Shown: one piece after another, positions 37,838 through 47,809 of the stretch
Layout of the letters: the number at the start of each line of letters is the position of its first letter
How positions within the stretch are numbered: position 1 is the first letter of the stretch
Virus record (IMG/VR): IMGVR_UViG_3300005518_000017
Span: 4,629-68,628 of that record
DNA from: a virus
Strand: one strand, 5' to 3'
Length of the DNA: 64,000 nt
Position numbers and translations under genes: made by a program
Notes under the pieces: generated by a model
Told to the model about the DNA's origin: nothing
Databases searched by the model: none
What the model saw: only the letters and a program-made list of their open reading frames with translations

Positions 37838-38845
37838 ATGTTTACTGTGGCCGAAATTGAAGACGAATCCCGAAAAATTATTGGTGTCTGTGATGACGCC
37901 AAATTTTTTCGCTGGGTTGGGGACGCACTTTCGATAATCGTCAACAAGGGGGATTTCGAGGGCCTCAAAGGTGACATTGATATTTGCACTACCGGCTGTT
38001 CATGCGGACAGACCCCGGCTACGCTTTGCCGATCCGCCAATTGCGGACGGAAACTTATCGCCCTTCCGCGCGACGTTGAAACAGTAATCGCGGTCAATAT
38101 CGGTGGGCGTCCGACTCTTGGATTCGGTCAACTTTTTTCGTATCATCTTAACGGACCGGGGGACTGCCATCAATCGTGCGACTGGAGTTGGTATGATCAA
38201 GGTGGTAACCATCCTACCTTTCGCGAACTGGTGACGCCATCGAAACTCGTAGTGCATCTTCAGAATCAAGAAGACAACGGTAAGAAATTCTTGATATATG
38301 GATACGATAATAATGGACTTTTGCTGCGCCGGAAAGTGGGCGATGTTTGGGAAAACGGATGGCAGGCACCCACGATTTATGGATATGCAATTCCTGATAC
38401 ACAGGCTCCGGTCATCAGCCGGATAACTGGAATTTTTAAGGAGCGAAGCGCCGGGTCTATGCGGCTTTCAACCACCGACGATTCAGGCACGACCGGCGTC
38501 ACTCTCGGTATATATGAGCCGGATGAAGAAATACCACAACTGCGGCGCATAAAAATCAACCGCGCCTGTAATTGGGTTCGGATTGCTTACACCAAAGGCG
38601 CATCGTCTTTTCATAGCCGATACGATCACATTCCGCTTGCGAGTCGGCTCGCCTTTTTGCTGGCGGTTCAGGCGCGCAAACATTATTCTGACCGGCAATG
38701 GTCCGAGGCTCACGCCGCCGAGGCGGATGCTGCCCGGCTTGAAATCGAGGCCCAAAATAAAAAAGAAGCCCCGCTGTATTTCCCTATGCAAGTCGTAGAT
38801 CGCAATAATCTCAGGGACAAAGGCGAATTCGACGCTATCCGGTAG
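37838..38845 (+). CDS. head-tail adaptor / tail tubular protein A-like
   Basis: Helical termini with a beta-rich core; immediately precedes the nozzle gene. Confidence 0.6.
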   Translation: MFTVAEIEDESRKIIGVCDDAKFFRWVGDALSIIVNKGDFEGLKGDIDICTTGCSCGQTPATLCRSANCGRKLIALPRDVETVIAVNIGGRPTLGFGQLFSYHLNGPGDCHQSCDWSWYDQGGNHPTFRELVTPSKLVVHLQNQEDNGKKFLIYGYDNNGLLLRRKVGDVWENGWQAPTIYGYAIPDTQAPVISRITGIFKERSAGSMRLSTTDDSGTTGVTLGIYEPDEEIPQLRRIKINRACNWVRIAYTKGASSFHSRYDHIPLASRLAFLLAVQARKHYSDRQWSEAHAAEADAARLEIEAQNKKEAPLYFPMQVVDRNNLRDKGEFDAIR

Positions 38846-38854
38846 GAATTTCAA

Positions 38855-40864
38855 ATGCCCGACAATCCGTTATTTGATTTTGACGGCCCATTCCCTCTCG
38901 GCATGAAGTCAGACGGAGACCCCGGACTTTTACCAAAAGGCTACTATTGGAACGGGCTAAATATCATCAATCAAGGTGGTGTTATTTCTTGTCGTCCCGG
39001 TCATCGGTGCATTGTCAAATTCCCGAAAGGTAAGCTTCAGGGGTCCGCCATTTTTTACCCGCGCGCCGGGCTTGAACAAATGCTGGTGTGTATTGCCGGA
39101 ATAGTTTACGTTTCCCCGTATCCGTTCAACAATTTTCGCATTCTCCCAAATATCTTGATGTCGGCTGATGCGAAACAAGTCTATTTTAAATTGACTACTC
39201 AATCTGCCCGGCGAGTCAGCCCAGATTTCAGTTCAATAATCGAAGTAATTGATCCGCGTGCGGTGATATTTATTCAAGACGGCGGCATCACCGCCCCAGC
39301 ATGGTTTGACGGGTCAAATTCGGGGCACGTCCGGGATAATCTTTTTGAGACTCCAATCGGCGGGCCGATGGCGTGGGTCGGAGATCGTCTCTGGGTCGCG
39401 AATCGCAATCGGCTATTCGCTAGCGATATCGCAAATCCGTTTTCGTTCCGAGAACAAATTTATCTTGGCGGCAATGATGCGTTCTATTTCAACGACGAAA
39501 TCACTGCGCTAGCAAAAACACCAAGTTTGGATTTTCCGCAATTGGTGGTTTACACATCGAGTAATGCCTCGGTAGTCAAAGCAAATATTCGAGATCGATC
39601 ACTCTGGCCAACTACGGATGGGATGCAAGTAGAAACATTTCAGATTGGATGTGCGTCTCAGCGGTCTATCGTGCTTCATCAAGGCGAGTTGACGTGGTTC
39701 AATCAATCAGGAATCGTATTCTATAACGCCGCGATGGTCGCAAAGATATCATCGCACATGCCGATTCGAGACAACGAGATGATGGTTAGCAAATCTCTTC
39801 TGTCGCCAGATTTAAGTCTCGTCGCCGGGGCTGCATTTGGTCCGTATTTGCTCATGTCGGTTCCCGCAGAGGATTCTTTCAATAAGCATACTTGGTGTTT
39901 AAACGGCGCTCCGATACAGAGTTTCGCGGGCGAATCAGGAGAAGCATGGGCTGGAATTTGGACCGGCACTCGTCCCGTTGAATGGCTATATGGCAATATT
40001 TTTGGCCGAGAACGTATTTATCACGTGTCCACTGACGTAGACGAAGAAAATCGATTGTGGGAATCTTTTACGGAAGAGCGGATGGATAATGGGTGCCCGA
40101 TCACATGGGCTGTCGAAACACGAGGGCATTTCGGGTTGACCAGTGATGCCAAAAAATTGCCCGGTTCTAATTGTCGTTACGGATACACAGATGTTTCATT
40201 GAGCGGGGTCGAAGAAGAACTCGACATCGGAGTTTTTTACGCGGGCGGCACGCGGGGCGCGTATAAAAATATCATGGCCAAGAAAATTTCTGTTGAACGC
40301 GGGTCCCTTCGGTTCGATCAGGAAATAAATATGACGAGCCAGCTTTTTGCTTACAAGCCACAGGCACGCAAAGAGAGAACGCAAGATGCGAACCAGCAAT
40401 CAACTTCGCTAGATACCGGAAGTTGCCCCGTAGAGTCCGAAGAAATTGAGAATTTGGACGAGTCCATTCAACTGTTAATTGTTGGTCACGGCCCCGCGAG
40501 TATTCGCTGGATTCGGTCTTTCGCCTTTGATACGCCGGAAGATCGTTCAGGAGATAATAAAGCGTGCGTGGACGAAACGCCATATAATCTTGTTCGTTTC
40601 GATGGGGCGGGAGTTAGATCAGAGGATTTGACAGACGCTTCGACTTTGCTTGCCGCCGCCCCAGTGTCACATTTTACTTCGGTCAAAACCGCAGTGGTTA
40701 CTCAAGACGGACTCACCGCTGTAGGAGTCGGCATGGCGGAAAGCGTCACAACTCAAGAAGCCGCCGATAGAGTCGCGGAACGAATCGCGACCCGTCAGGC
40801 CGAGACAGAATTGATTCTTGCGTTGCCCCCAACGTTAAGCGTCGGAGAGGGGTTTGATGAATAG
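38855..40864 (+). CDS. tail nozzle / tubular protein B (P22 gp10-like)
   Basis: N...G.I..RPG, RLWVA, FASD, IGC.S..SI beta-propeller signatures. Confidence 0.75.
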   Translation: MPDNPLFDFDGPFPLGMKSDGDPGLLPKGYYWNGLNIINQGGVISCRPGHRCIVKFPKGKLQGSAIFYPRAGLEQMLVCIAGIVYVSPYPFNNFRILPNILMSADAKQVYFKLTTQSARRVSPDFSSIIEVIDPRAVIFIQDGGITAPAWFDGSNSGHVRDNLFETPIGGPMAWVGDRLWVANRNRLFASDIANPFSFREQIYLGGNDAFYFNDEITALAKTPSLDFPQLVVYTSSNASVVKANIRDRSLWPTTDGMQVETFQIGCASQRSIVLHQGELTWFNQSGIVFYNAAMVAKISSHMPIRDNEMMVSKSLLSPDLSLVAGAAFGPYLLMSVPAEDSFNKHTWCLNGAPIQSFAGESGEAWAGIWTGTRPVEWLYGNIFGRERIYHVSTDVDEENRLWESFTEERMDNGCPITWAVETRGHFGLTSDAKKLPGSNCRYGYTDVSLSGVEEELDIGVFYAGGTRGAYKNIMAKKISVERGSLRFDQEINMTSQLFAYKPQARKERTQDANQQSTSLDTGSCPVESEEIENLDESIQLLIVGHGPASIRWIRSFAFDTPEDRSGDNKACVDETPYNLVRFDGAGVRSEDLTDASTLLAAAPVSHFTSVKTAVVTQDGLTAVGVGMAESVTTQEAADRVAERIATRQAETELILALPPTLSVGEGFDE

Positions 40865-42512
40865 CGTTGTTGAGACTCTTTATTTGCGACGCCCGAAAAT
40901 CGAATACGTTTCTCCGCCGGTGTGTGATTTTTTATTTTCATCGAGCGGCGGTCCGGTGATAGTGCTCAATGACATTAGCAAGCGGCGCGGCCCATCGGGT
41001 TTGATACTGAGCGGTGAGGGGAATTTTAGGCTGTCGTGGAATACATATCCCGGCGCTCTTTGCTACAATATATACCGGCTAGAGGACGGAGAATACGTAA
41101 TCTTTGCGGAATGCCAAGAGGCTACGTTTATCGATTTGCCGCCCGGAACTTACATCGTCACTGCTATCACGAAAGATGGAGAAACCGATCCTAGCGATCC
41201 GATTGTCGTTAGTGGCACCCCTCCGCCGATTGAACCGACGATTGAAGAGGTTGGGATGAATCCCATTAACATGCTGGCGGAAGACGGGACAATCGTTGGT
41301 GTGATTCCGGTTGGATTTGGAAGGCCGGGGATTCACGCCGGGGGAGTTACGGGCGACCTGCGAACCGAAACCGAAAGCGATCCGATTCAAGCCAGCCAGT
41401 TAGCAACCACTGTCACGGCTAGCGACACTATTTTTCAGGCGAGCGACGTGGGCAAAGTAATTGTGTTTTCGACCAGTGAACAGGCTCAGATAACTGCGTT
41501 TGTGTCTCAGCTTCAGGTAACGGTGACGCCTAGCCAAACCGTGGCGTCCACGGTATTCACCATTCGCGGTGAAACTCTGGGGGGTTCTTTTGGTAACGCG
41601 CATCTCTGTAATTCAAATGGGATAGTGGCGGGAGTAGAATCTATTTTCGGGGATTCTCAATCAGATTATTTTTGGCTAAACCGGGCGACTGGTGAGATCA
41701 GAGATTTGTTTGTTTTCACGGATGTAGCCGGGTTCGTCTACTCGATAAACGAAAATGGATTTTTGCTGCTGGCGCACAATTCCGGCCCGCACATTAGTTC
41801 AAAACTTTACGATCCAGTCTCGCAGACCGTCACAGATTTGGGGAGTATTGACGGGAATCTAGGACAGACTTCTCCCAAAGGTTTAAACGATGCTTTGCAA
41901 TGCGCCGTGACTGCGCAGACGATCAATAACGTTCCGTTTCCGCATACTCAGAATAAAGCAGCTATTTGGCAATCTGGAATAATGACGGACTTGCATCCTG
42001 CCGCCGCTGGGAATGAAAACAGTCAAGCGGTAGGGATAAACGCAATCGGGCATGTTTTTGGAACGTTTTTCGATTCAGTTACTTTCAACACCCGATCTTT
42101 CTTGAATCAAGGCGGTGCGTCTTTCGACATTGGCGGAATCGGAGACACCGAGGTAGACGCTATCGCCATAAACGATTCCGATACCATAGTCGGAACCTGT
42201 GACAATGGATCAGGAGATTTTGTTCCCTTTGTCTATTCTCCATCTGGTGGGTTTCAATTGATACCACTACTCCCCGGCACCACTTCCGGGCAAGCGAACG
42301 ACGTTAACAATGGCGGAGAGGTAGTGGGAAATATGGACGGGATTGGATTTCACTATAAGGATGGAGTCACAACTCCTTTGACCGACTTTTTGCCGGATAA
42401 CCCGGATGGGTGGACTACCCTAAGCCCGCTATTCATAAACAACGCGAGACAGGTGACTGGATACGGGTTGCACAACGCGGCGCTGGTGGGTTTTCTGTTG
42501 CAGATGGCATGA
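40857..42512 (+). CDS. virion protein with FN3-like N-domain and HAF-like beta-propeller repeats
   Basis: LSW...GA..YNIYR; repeated A.(G/A)IN..G.VVG...DLG units. Confidence 0.7.
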   Translation: MNSVVETLYLRRPKIEYVSPPVCDFLFSSSGGPVIVLNDISKRRGPSGLILSGEGNFRLSWNTYPGALCYNIYRLEDGEYVIFAECQEATFIDLPPGTYIVTAITKDGETDPSDPIVVSGTPPPIEPTIEEVGMNPINMLAEDGTIVGVIPVGFGRPGIHAGGVTGDLRTETESDPIQASQLATTVTASDTIFQASDVGKVIVFSTSEQAQITAFVSQLQVTVTPSQTVASTVFTIRGETLGGSFGNAHLCNSNGIVAGVESIFGDSQSDYFWLNRATGEIRDLFVFTDVAGFVYSINENGFLLLAHNSGPHISSKLYDPVSQTVTDLGSIDGNLGQTSPKGLNDALQCAVTAQTINNVPFPHTQNKAAIWQSGIMTDLHPAAAGNENSQAVGINAIGHVFGTFFDSVTFNTRSFLNQGGASFDIGGIGDTEVDAIAINDSDTIVGTCDNGSGDFVPFVYSPSGGFQLIPLLPGTTSGQANDVNNGGEVVGNMDGIGFHYKDGVTTPLTDFLPDNPDGWTTLSPLFINNARQVTGYGLHNAALVGFLLQMA

Positions 42513-42531
42513 AAAACTTGCACTAATTGAT

Positions 42532-43350
42532 ATGGCACTCAACGACACATCTCTTTTCGTCGAAATGGCAAAATTGCCCGCGACATTCAAAGGCACCCCT
42601 CAGCAATTTGCCGATATTTTGGTTCGACGGATGAAAATTGTTTCGCCCACTGGCGTATCATTTATTTTTACCGGGGATACCGAGCCGACGCTTGACGCCG
42701 GACCGTGGCTTCGCAATGGCACCCAGTGGTGGGTGTTCGACGAAGCCACAAAAAGATACATTCCTCTCGATATCTCTGCTTCGGAAACGCAATGGTTTCA
42801 GGTCGGTGCTTCGACCCCGGCTACCGGCGACCCCCCGGTGTGGCTTCGGACAATCAAAGATCAAACCGAGGCTGATCCTTCGATTGGCAGTCCGGTATCG
42901 TGGCATGTTTTCGATGGAGTAAATTGGATTCCATTCAACAGCATCGTGACCTCCGGTCCTACCGCCTCGCGGCCCTTAAGTCCGGTCGCCTTGCAGCAGT
43001 TTTACGATACTACTATTTCATGCCTGATTTGGTTTGAACGCAGCCTGTGGAGGACAGTTTCAGGCGTTCCGGGGGATGTAAAATCGGTTGCTTTTCCTAC
43101 CCTTACCGAAGCCCTGACGGCCAACCCCGGATGGGAAGTGCTCGGTAACTCGAATCAGAATCTACGAGGCCGGTATATTGTGCAGGCAACCAAGGATGCA
43201 GGCGCTACCCCAGAAACGGTTTTGAATGTGAATATCGGCGTGCCAGAACGCGCAGCTTTCGAGATTTTTGGCGAAGACGTTCATGTTTTGGATTCCTCGG
43301 TGGTCGTGTATCCCCCAACACTGGCCTTGTGGACGCTGACTAAGCTTTAA
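42532..43350 (+). CDS. tail fibre/spike-associated protein
   Basis: Trp-rich P...W repeats; structural context. Confidence 0.55.
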   Translation: MALNDTSLFVEMAKLPATFKGTPQQFADILVRRMKIVSPTGVSFIFTGDTEPTLDAGPWLRNGTQWWVFDEATKRYIPLDISASETQWFQVGASTPATGDPPVWLRTIKDQTEADPSIGSPVSWHVFDGVNWIPFNSIVTSGPTASRPLSPVALQQFYDTTISCLIWFERSLWRTVSGVPGDVKSVAFPTLTEALTANPGWEVLGNSNQNLRGRYIVQATKDAGATPETVLNVNIGVPERAAFEIFGEDVHVLDSSVVVYPPTLALWTLTKL

Positions 43351-43387
43351 TACTCGCCAAGTAGCCGAATTTTCGGCACTAATACAT

Positions 43388-43819
43388 ATGCCGATAGAGC
43401 TTACGCCATCGCAATTTGATTCAAAGTTCTCCCCCATTTTTGAGCACGTGTCTGCTGAAACGGGAATAGAATTTGACCCGGATCATTTTTTCCCGGTATG
43501 GAAAAGTTTGATGTCTTCTGGAATCGCGCGCACGTGGGAAAATGACGGCTGTATTCTAGGCGCGTTATTCGCCCCGGATGTGTTCAATGGCGCGATCCGC
43601 GCATTGGTCCACTTTTGGTTTTCGCTGCCAGAAGCGCGCGGCACTGGGCGACCCAAAGAATTGCTGGATGTTTTCGAGTCAGCCGCCTCGGCTGGGAATT
43701 GTAAAAATATTTCTATCGCGAGCCACGTTATCGCCAGTCCGCACCACCTTCAAGAATTCTTTCACCGAAGAGGTTACTCCCGGAGTGAAATAGTGTTTTC
43801 TAAGCAATTGCACCTATGA
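43388..43819 (+). CDS. GNAT acetyltransferase-like protein
   Basis: FWFS.PEARG.G...LL..FE..A...C...FF.R.GY; typical position before podovirus ejection genes. Confidence 0.75.
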   Translation: MPIELTPSQFDSKFSPIFEHVSAETGIEFDPDHFFPVWKSLMSSGIARTWENDGCILGALFAPDVFNGAIRALVHFWFSLPEARGTGRPKELLDVFESAASAGNCKNISIASHVIASPHHLQEFFHRRGYSRSEIVFSKQLHL

Positions 43820-44229
43820 ATACAGTTTTTATCTACGCTTTGAATGATCCCGAAACGGGAAAAACTCGATATATCGGGAAGTCGAAGAACCCCCAAAAAA
43901 GGTTTTGGGATCACCTTTCGGATCAAGAACAGAATCATCGAACAAATTGGATTAAGTCTTTATGCGCGCACGGCCTTAAACCGGTTCTCCAAATTTGGGA
44001 TGAAGTCCCAGAAGAATACTGGCAGCGGTGGGAGCGCGGGTATATTCAAAGTTTTCGAGAGGCCGGGTTTGATTTAGTGAACGGGACTGACGGGGGAGAT
44101 TCGGGACCTTCATTGAAGGGTATAAAACTTTCTCCAGAGCGATGCGCAAAATCTCCAGAGCATATAGCTGCGGCTCGCCTCGGTAGAATTTTATCACAAG
44201 AAAGAAAGGCGAAGGTGGGATATCTCTGA
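43816..44229 (+). CDS. GIY-YIG homing endonuclease
   Basis: FIYAL.DP...RYIGKS...R...H, E..YI, LVN.TDGG. Confidence 0.9.
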   Translation: MNTVFIYALNDPETGKTRYIGKSKNPQKRFWDHLSDQEQNHRTNWIKSLCAHGLKPVLQIWDEVPEEYWQRWERGYIQSFREAGFDLVNGTDGGDSGPSLKGIKLSPERCAKSPEHIAAARLGRILSQERKAKVGYL

Positions 44230-44281
44230 GATTTTTTCTGCGGCGGGTAATATTGCTTCGGCGGCGATCACTGCTTCCGCA

Positions 44282-45208
44282 ATGCGTGACGCCACGAATG
44301 CACAATTGGACGCTTTGGACCGGCAACGAAGTTTCGTCTATAACGAGTTGGAACCGTCGAAATTAAACGCTGCCGCTTCTTCCGCAGATGTTCAGAACGC
44401 CCAACAGCGGCTCGCGCTACAAGGAAGCACTGATCCCGCGTTGCTCGCGGCGCGCTACGCCGCACAGCAAAAAATTCTTCAAGATGTAAACACGCTCGGC
44501 ACCGGGCCGGATACCGAGGTTGCCGCTGCGGCGACTAAAGAGGCTTTAGCTAGCAGCCCCGGAATGACCGAGGCAAAAAACAAATTGATCGATGCCGCGC
44601 TCCATGAATTGTCGCTTGGGGCTACTCTTCCTCCCGATGTCCAGAACCAGCTTGTTCAAACTGGGCTTGAGAAAACCGGAATGGTTACCGGCTCGGCGAG
44701 TGCGAAAGGATTTGGGGGGCACCTGCTTCGTCAGATTCTTGGCACCGCCGGAATTCAACTCCAAGCAGATCGACAGCAGCGCGCGGCGGCGTTGACCAAA
44801 TCAGCGCAGGATTTAGATTCGAGCCGCCAGCAAATCCTTCAGACTCTTTTTCCGAATTTGGCGTCAACTCAACTTAACCGGCAGCAAGCGGCGCAATCGG
44901 CGCTGACTCAAGCCGAGGCTTTGAAACCCGCAGCCGGGCTGAGCGGGGGAGATATTGCTAACATTTGGCTCTCGCGGGTGGGCGCGACGAATCAACTCGC
45001 CCAATCCGCAGCGGATGCCGCAGGCCGAGGTGGAATTGCAGCGGCCCAAGCGTGGCAACCTGCGCTCGGTGCAGCGACCCAATTCGGGGCTTCTATGCTC
45101 CCTAGCACTGCCTCTCTCTGGGGCGGAAGTAACAGCGGGGGCGGCGGATATGGCGGTTCGGGTTTTTCAAATAATATGACTAGCACCGGCATGTCATTAC
45201 TGGGTTAA
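44282..45208 (+). CDS. internal virion (ejection) protein; true start may lie upstream
   Basis: Ala/Gln/Gly-rich helical protein; frame is open upstream, with a plausible N-terminal sequence from about 44219. Confidence 0.7.
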   Translation: MRDATNAQLDALDRQRSFVYNELEPSKLNAAASSADVQNAQQRLALQGSTDPALLAARYAAQQKILQDVNTLGTGPDTEVAAAATKEALASSPGMTEAKNKLIDAALHELSLGATLPPDVQNQLVQTGLEKTGMVTGSASAKGFGGHLLRQILGTAGIQLQADRQQRAAALTKSAQDLDSSRQQILQTLFPNLASTQLNRQQAAQSALTQAEALKPAAGLSGGDIANIWLSRVGATNQLAQSAADAAGRGGIAAAQAWQPALGAATQFGASMLPSTASLWGGSNSGGGGYGGSGFSNNMTSTGMSLLG

Positions 45209-45214
45209 AAAAAT

Positions 45215-45784
45215 ATGGCTTGGACCGCAACCACACTTTCGCCCAAATCAACTTGGGCCACTACTCCGAGACCCGCTTCAGCCATCCCGGCAACGGCACA
45301 GCCGGTGGGAAATCCCACCGCGAATGTTTCCGGGGCGATGCCAGCATTTTTACAGCCAATGATTTCCGGGCTTAACGCCGGTCAAGGATTTTCGGGAGCA
45401 TCAAATCCGCAAGCCGCGTGGCTTCAAGCTATTTTCGGTGCGTTGACTGGTCAACCGTCTGGTGCCGATGCCTATTCACGCGTTAATTCTCCCGGCGCGC
45501 GGGCTGAAATGCTTGCTGGTATGCCTCCCGCTGGTCCCGCTATGGGCAATACTACGGCTTCAATGAATCCCGCCGATGCTTTTCAGAAAAAGGTAGCCGG
45601 GATTCAGCAGCAAAAAGCTGCGCTTGGTCCCGCCAGATTCGGGGCATATCAAAATTCTCCTCAGCAAAGGTTAGATCAAAAATTATTTGATGCTCAATTC
45701 GAGCAGTCACCAACTTCTCAATTGATTGGGCCGACTACCACTACTCCGAAGAGTCAGTGGGGCACGATAGCCAATATGTGGTAA
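45215..45784 (+). CDS. low-complexity internal virion protein
   Basis: Ala/Pro/Gln-rich; within the ejection block. Confidence 0.6.
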   Translation: MAWTATTLSPKSTWATTPRPASAIPATAQPVGNPTANVSGAMPAFLQPMISGLNAGQGFSGASNPQAAWLQAIFGALTGQPSGADAYSRVNSPGARAEMLAGMPPAGPAMGNTTASMNPADAFQKKVAGIQQQKAALGPARFGAYQNSPQQRLDQKLFDAQFEQSPTSQLIGPTTTTPKSQWGTIANMW

Positions 45785-45797
45785 AAAAAAAAAAATT

Positions 45798-47261
45798 ATG
45801 GCAGATCAAGAAAATAGAGTTTCTCCCGGCCTTTTGGCGACAAGCAATCTTGTTACTCCTGCCGCGCCAATCGTTGAGCCACGCGCGGTAGCGGCATTGG
45901 CCGAGGCTTTTCGTGGCGGGCAATTGAATGCGAATGACGTTATCGACCGAGCGGGCGAACTTGCCCAGAAAAGAAAAAAGGCAGAGCTTCAATTGCTCGA
46001 TGAGGCCGGGGGGCCGCAAGCTGCCGAGGCCCGCGCTCTCGCACAGCAAGCCGCAGTCGAAAAGAATCGTCTCGGTATCGCGCAATCACAAGCCGCGCAA
46101 CCAATGGTTCCACAGACCGCCGAATTGGCGCAAGGGCAGCTTGACTATCAGCTAGCAATTCAAAAATATCCTGCGGCAGAATTTTTCACTAAGTATGCCC
46201 CCGCGATGGGGCTTGAAACTCCGATGACAGGCGACGGCAAACCAGACTACGCAAAGATGGCGCAAGTTGGCGCGCAACTCGCGACGTGGGTTACCGACAA
46301 ATCTCGCGCAGAGGAAGAATTAAAAAATATCGATACTCACGTTTCAGCGGATGGGACTCAATTGATTCCAATAACGAAGCAGGGAACCCCCGTGCCGGTA
46401 TCGCACGTCAAAGAACTCCAAGACAAGTTGAAACGGCCCTTCCAGTTCATGGAACCCGGCGCTGTCATCGCAGCTAAAACACCGGTTGCACCGGTTTCAG
46501 CCGTCGCCCCCAACCGCCCAACCCAAACCCTTTTCGGTGCCGACGCCCAGCGGGCAGCAGATTTTGCGGAAAATCAATCGGTGAGTGCTGCGCCCGTGGT
46601 GACTACTAAAACCGCTGCGCCAATGTCATCCAAACCTGAAATAGCACCCGTGGGAACACAACTTGGTGATACTGGTTTTTCGTTGGGTTCCCCGAAGGCA
46701 AGAGACATGCAAGATAAACCTCCTACCGAGGCGCAACAGCGGGCACAATTGGCCCTTGCAAGATTTTCTCAAAGTGGCGATATGCTTAAGTCTCTAGCAG
46801 ATGCTGGATATGATCCTACTACAACCACTAGTTGGATAGACGGCATGTTACCAGAAATTTTAAAAAGCGGTAATCGTAAAACATATGACGCCGCCGTTGA
46901 TGCTTGGTCCCAAGGAACTCTTAGGTTGGAGAGTGGGGCCGCTATCTCTAGACAGGAAAAATCGTGGTATGAAAAATCTTTTTTCCCACAAGTTGGAGAC
47001 CCGCCCTCTGTAGTGGAATCCAAAGCCGCACTTCGGCATGATGTCGAAAAGATGACGGCTGAAATAGCGCAAGCTGGGTCCGTTCTCTCGCCGCAAAGCG
47101 TAGAGCAGACTCGGCGAATATATGCGCAAGCAGACGCTTTTGCCAAAGGAAAATCTACGACTCCAACGATAAATTCTGGCGGTCAAAGCCCGGTATATAC
47201 TCTATCCTCTGGTAAGAAGGTGCAGCGGGGTGCAGATGGACAATTTTATCAAGTGCCATGA
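45798..47261 (+). CDS. internal virion (ejection) protein
   Basis: PTEAQ...LR.ESGAAI...E....FFPQ.GD motif typical of podovirus DNA-transfer proteins. Confidence 0.75.
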   Translation: MADQENRVSPGLLATSNLVTPAAPIVEPRAVAALAEAFRGGQLNANDVIDRAGELAQKRKKAELQLLDEAGGPQAAEARALAQQAAVEKNRLGIAQSQAAQPMVPQTAELAQGQLDYQLAIQKYPAAEFFTKYAPAMGLETPMTGDGKPDYAKMAQVGAQLATWVTDKSRAEEELKNIDTHVSADGTQLIPITKQGTPVPVSHVKELQDKLKRPFQFMEPGAVIAAKTPVAPVSAVAPNRPTQTLFGADAQRAADFAENQSVSAAPVVTTKTAAPMSSKPEIAPVGTQLGDTGFSLGSPKARDMQDKPPTEAQQRAQLALARFSQSGDMLKSLADAGYDPTTTTSWIDGMLPEILKSGNRKTYDAAVDAWSQGTLRLESGAAISRQEKSWYEKSFFPQVGDPPSVVESKAALRHDVEKMTAEIAQAGSVLSPQSVEQTRRIYAQADAFAKGKSTTPTINSGGQSPVYTLSSGKKVQRGADGQFYQVP

Positions 47262-47809
47262 AAACAGTTTTTATCTACGCTTTGAACGATCCTGAAACCG
47301 GTAGAATCCGATATATAGGTAAATCCAACAATTTAAAAGAACGCATTCGTATGCATTTAAAAGACAAGAAGCATACACATAAATGTCATTGGATTCAATC
47401 CCTTCTTGCCCGCGATCTCAAACCCCGGCTTCAAATTCTTGCTGAGGTATCCGAAGATAGATGGCAGATGTGGGAGCGGGGATATATTGAAATTTTTCGA
47501 AATGCAGGATACGATTTAGTAAACGGAACCGATGGCGGGGATGGGGTCTGTTTAACGGGACCTAAGAATCCGATGTTTGGTAAGCATCTCTCACAAGAGC
47601 ATAAAGATAAATTAAGCCGCGCGACAAAAGGTATTCCAAAATCTCCAGAGACACGATTAAAAATGAGCGTAAATCGAAGGGGTATGAAATTTTCAGATTC
47701 TCATCGCGCCAATATACGTTTCGCGCGATTGGGAAAACCAACATCAGAAAAAACGAAGGCTAAACTTAGAGCATATCAAGCGGCACGAAAAGCCAGTTTA
47801 TGCCCTTGA
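47258..47809 (+). CDS. GIY-YIG homing endonuclease with NUMOD3 repeats
   Basis: Paralog of 43816; NPMFGKHLS.EHK.KLS repeats. Confidence 0.92.
   Translation: MKTVFIYALNDPETGRIRYIGKSNNLKERIRMHLKDKKHTHKCHWIQSLLARDLKPRLQILAEVSEDRWQMWERGYIEIFRNAGYDLVNGTDGGDGVCLTGPKNPMFGKHLSQEHKDKLSRATKGIPKSPETRLKMSVNRRGMKFSDSHRANIRFARLGKPTSEKTKAKLRAYQAARKASLCP

Noticed and set aside
43818-44217. Group I intron whose removal would give ATG-GAT-ATC for the ejection gene
   Set aside because: The interval is fully occupied by the GIY-YIG ORF with no recognisable catalytic core, and splicing would remove the GNAT stop codon.
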